Positions 39,612 to 41,300 of a DNA stretch of 41,300 nt are shown here, piece after piece. The stretch's first letter is position 1. Each line of letters opens with the position of its first letter. The stretch is from Tannerella sp. (GTDB lineage Bacteria > Bacteroidota > Bacteroidia > Bacteroidales > Tannerellaceae), in assembly GCA_031260575.1 (NCBI GenBank), contig JAIRJR010000266.1:1-41300 (forward strand), written 5' to 3'. The notes under the pieces were generated by a model. The model searched no databases. It was given only the letters and a program-made list of their open reading frames with translations, and was not told the DNA's origin. The position numbers were made by a program, and so were the translations under genes.

Positions 39612-39619
39612 TACATTTG
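39612..39619 (+). promoter_or_regulatory. Sigma-A -7 box (TACATTTG) for susC
   Basis: TAnnTTTG in an A-rich context ~205 bp upstream of the susC ATG. Confidence 0.6.
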
Positions 39620-39627
39620 CGCTTAAT

Positions 39628-39643
39628 TTAAACGTTCGTATAA
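39628..39643. promoter_or_regulatory. Candidate operator 2, TTAAACGTTCGTATAA
   Basis: 15/16 match to the reverse complement of the 39467-39482 core; 8 bp downstream of the -7 box. Confidence 0.6.
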
Positions 39644-39824
39644 GTTCAACATAAAAAGAAAATACATTTAGAACTGAGGATATTTAAACAATATAATTGC
39701 ATTGCCTATGGATAAATGAAATGTGAAAGAAACAGTCCAATCCGTTCTGCCGCCGGCAGAATATCAAGTATTTATTATATAGTGATTATTGTTAAGTCTT
39801 TTATAAATTTATTTAAAACAAATT

Positions 39825-41300
39825 ATGATACATGTTTTTAAAAAACTAAAAAATTGCCATGTGCTTATTACGCAAATGTTTTTGCTGTTTGTTTTGATGG
39901 CTTTTGCACCTGCCGGTCAGGCTCAGACCGTTCAGCTTACCGGGACGGTTACCGACCGTAACTCGGGTGAAGCCATCATTGGCGCCAATATCCTCCAGGT
40001 AGGTACTACCAGAGGTACAATAACCGACATTGACGGAGCTTTCACACTCGAAGCGACAAGGAACGCTTCGATCAGGATATCTTCAATCGGTTATATTACA
40101 CAGACTGTTACCGTACCGAATCAAAACAACCCCCGGCTGAATATCCAATTGGTCGAAGATACCCGACTATTGGATGAAGTCGTTGTGGTAGGCTACGGAA
40201 CGGTTCGTAAATCGGATGTCACGGGAGCAATCGCTTCTGTGGATCCCGATAAACTGCGCGAACGTCCGGTCGCAAACTTCGGAGAAGCATTGATCGGACA
40301 GATGGCCGGGGTGCAAATACAGCAAATTACCGGTCGGCCCGATGGCGAAGGGTTGTTGGTACGCGTTCGCGGGACAGCTTCGATTACCCAGTCGAGCGAT
40401 CCGTTGTATGTGGTGGATGGTTTTGCGATGGAGAGCGGCGCTTTCCGCTTAGTTACACCGTCGGATATCGAAAGCATACAAGTGCTGAAAGATGCTTCAT
40501 CTACAGCCATTTACGGATCGCGTGGTTCCAACGGTGTTGTCATTATTACGACCAAAAAAGGACAGGTGGGCAAACCAAGGGTAAGCCTTACCGCCCAGGT
40601 TGGCGTTCAGCAACGCGAAAAAAAAGTACAGATGATGAACCGCGACCAGTATGTGGAATGGTTTATGGACGGACGTAATCAGGCATGGCTTGACCAGCCG
40701 GTCATTTCGGCCGACCCCGATAAATCGCCCCATACGATCAACGACCCCAACTCACGGCGAAGCAGGTATTCGAGCGCCAGTACGAATTTTATGATTCCCG
40801 ATGGGAATCTGCAACAATACGGGTATGCCTATAATTTCTACGATCCGGCTTCGATAGCTTCCTTACCGGATACGGATTGGCAGGATTTGCTGTTTCGCAC
40901 AGCCATGACACAACAGTACGAAGTATCAGTTTCAGGAGGTAGCGAAAACACCCGATATGCTTTTTCAGGCTCCTATATCAATCAGGAAGGCATTATACGG
41001 AGTACCGACTACGAGCGTTTCAACTTCCGAACCAATATCAACTCGCAGGTGACCAAATTCTTAGAAATAGGTGTTAACCTGAGCGCTTTCTATGGTGGAG
41101 GCCGTGAATCAGCCAATGGAAAAGATGCGCCGCTGCAGTATGCATTAAACTTGCCGCCGATCTACCCGGAGCGCAATGAGGACGGCACATGGGGGTCGCA
41201 GGTCAGAAACCGCGAAATTATTGCGGGCGATGTGGCCAATCCGATTGCCATTGCCGACCATATCTACCGTTACAGGGCAAGAAACGGATGGAATGGTTCT
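39825..41300 (+). CDS. susC: SusC/RagA family TonB-dependent transporter, 3'-truncated by the window edge and absent from the ORF track
   Basis: Hand translation: MIHVFKK...signal peptide, TGTVTD...IIGAN...GTITDIDG, LDEVVVVGYG, DPLYVVDG, DIESIQVLKDASSTAIYGSRGSNGVVIITTKKG. Confidence 0.95.
   Translation, partial: MIHVFKKLKNCHVLITQMFLLFVLMAFAPAGQAQTVQLTGTVTDRNSGEAIIGANILQVGTTRGTITDIDGAFTLEATRNASIRISSIGYITQTVTVPNQNNPRLNIQLVEDTRLLDEVVVVGYGTVRKSDVTGAIASVDPDKLRERPVANFGEALIGQMAGVQIQQITGRPDGEGLLVRVRGTASITQSSDPLYVVDGFAMESGAFRLVTPSDIESIQVLKDASSTAIYGSRGSNGVVIITTKKGQVGKPRVSLTAQVGVQQREKKVQMMNRDQYVEWFMDGRNQAWLDQPVISADPDKSPHTINDPNSRRSRYSSASTNFMIPDGNLQQYGYAYNFYDPASIASLPDTDWQDLLFRTAMTQQYEVSVSGGSENTRYAFSGSYINQEGIIRSTDYERFNFRTNINSQVTKFLEIGVNLSAFYGGGRESANGKDAPLQYALNLPPIYPERNEDGTWGSQVRNREIIAGDVANPIAIADHIYRYRARNGWNGS

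Noticed and set aside
40193-40733. Minus-strand ORFs of 105 and 78 aa
   Set aside because: Antisense shadows of the susC gene on the + strand

Overview
41.3 kb of a Bacteroidales chromosome (Tannerellaceae/Parabacteroides-like by gene content and TAnnTTTG promoter boxes; the taxonomy is inferred). The left ~27.7 kb is mostly housekeeping and envelope genes: carboxy(nor)spermidine/saccharopine dehydrogenase, recA, FemAB-like GNAT, NfeD-flotillin, DUF47-PiT, amidohydrolase lipoprotein, TamB-TamL, YhcC radical SAM, Uma2 nuclease, DPP-IV, 7TM-HD phosphodiesterase, gltX-waaA, and hcpR/hcp with an HcpR box. The right ~13.5 kb looks accessory and holds the most interesting material. (i) A cell-surface signalling locus of unusual order: ECF sigma, TonB-dependent receptor without STN, 15-aa-repeat outer-membrane protein, FecR, then a paralogous receptor with STN. 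(ii) A convergent three-gene operon (B12 radical SAM, darA, darB) for dialkylresorcinol-type products, with a 15 x 8-bp tandem array over the darA stop and short heptamer repeats at the other two gene ends. (iii) A divergent intergenic region with two copies of a 16-bp palindromic operator, ahead of a truncated susC that the ORF track misses. No rRNA, tRNA, CRISPR array or transposase was seen. All calls come from reading motifs by eye; no database searches were run.
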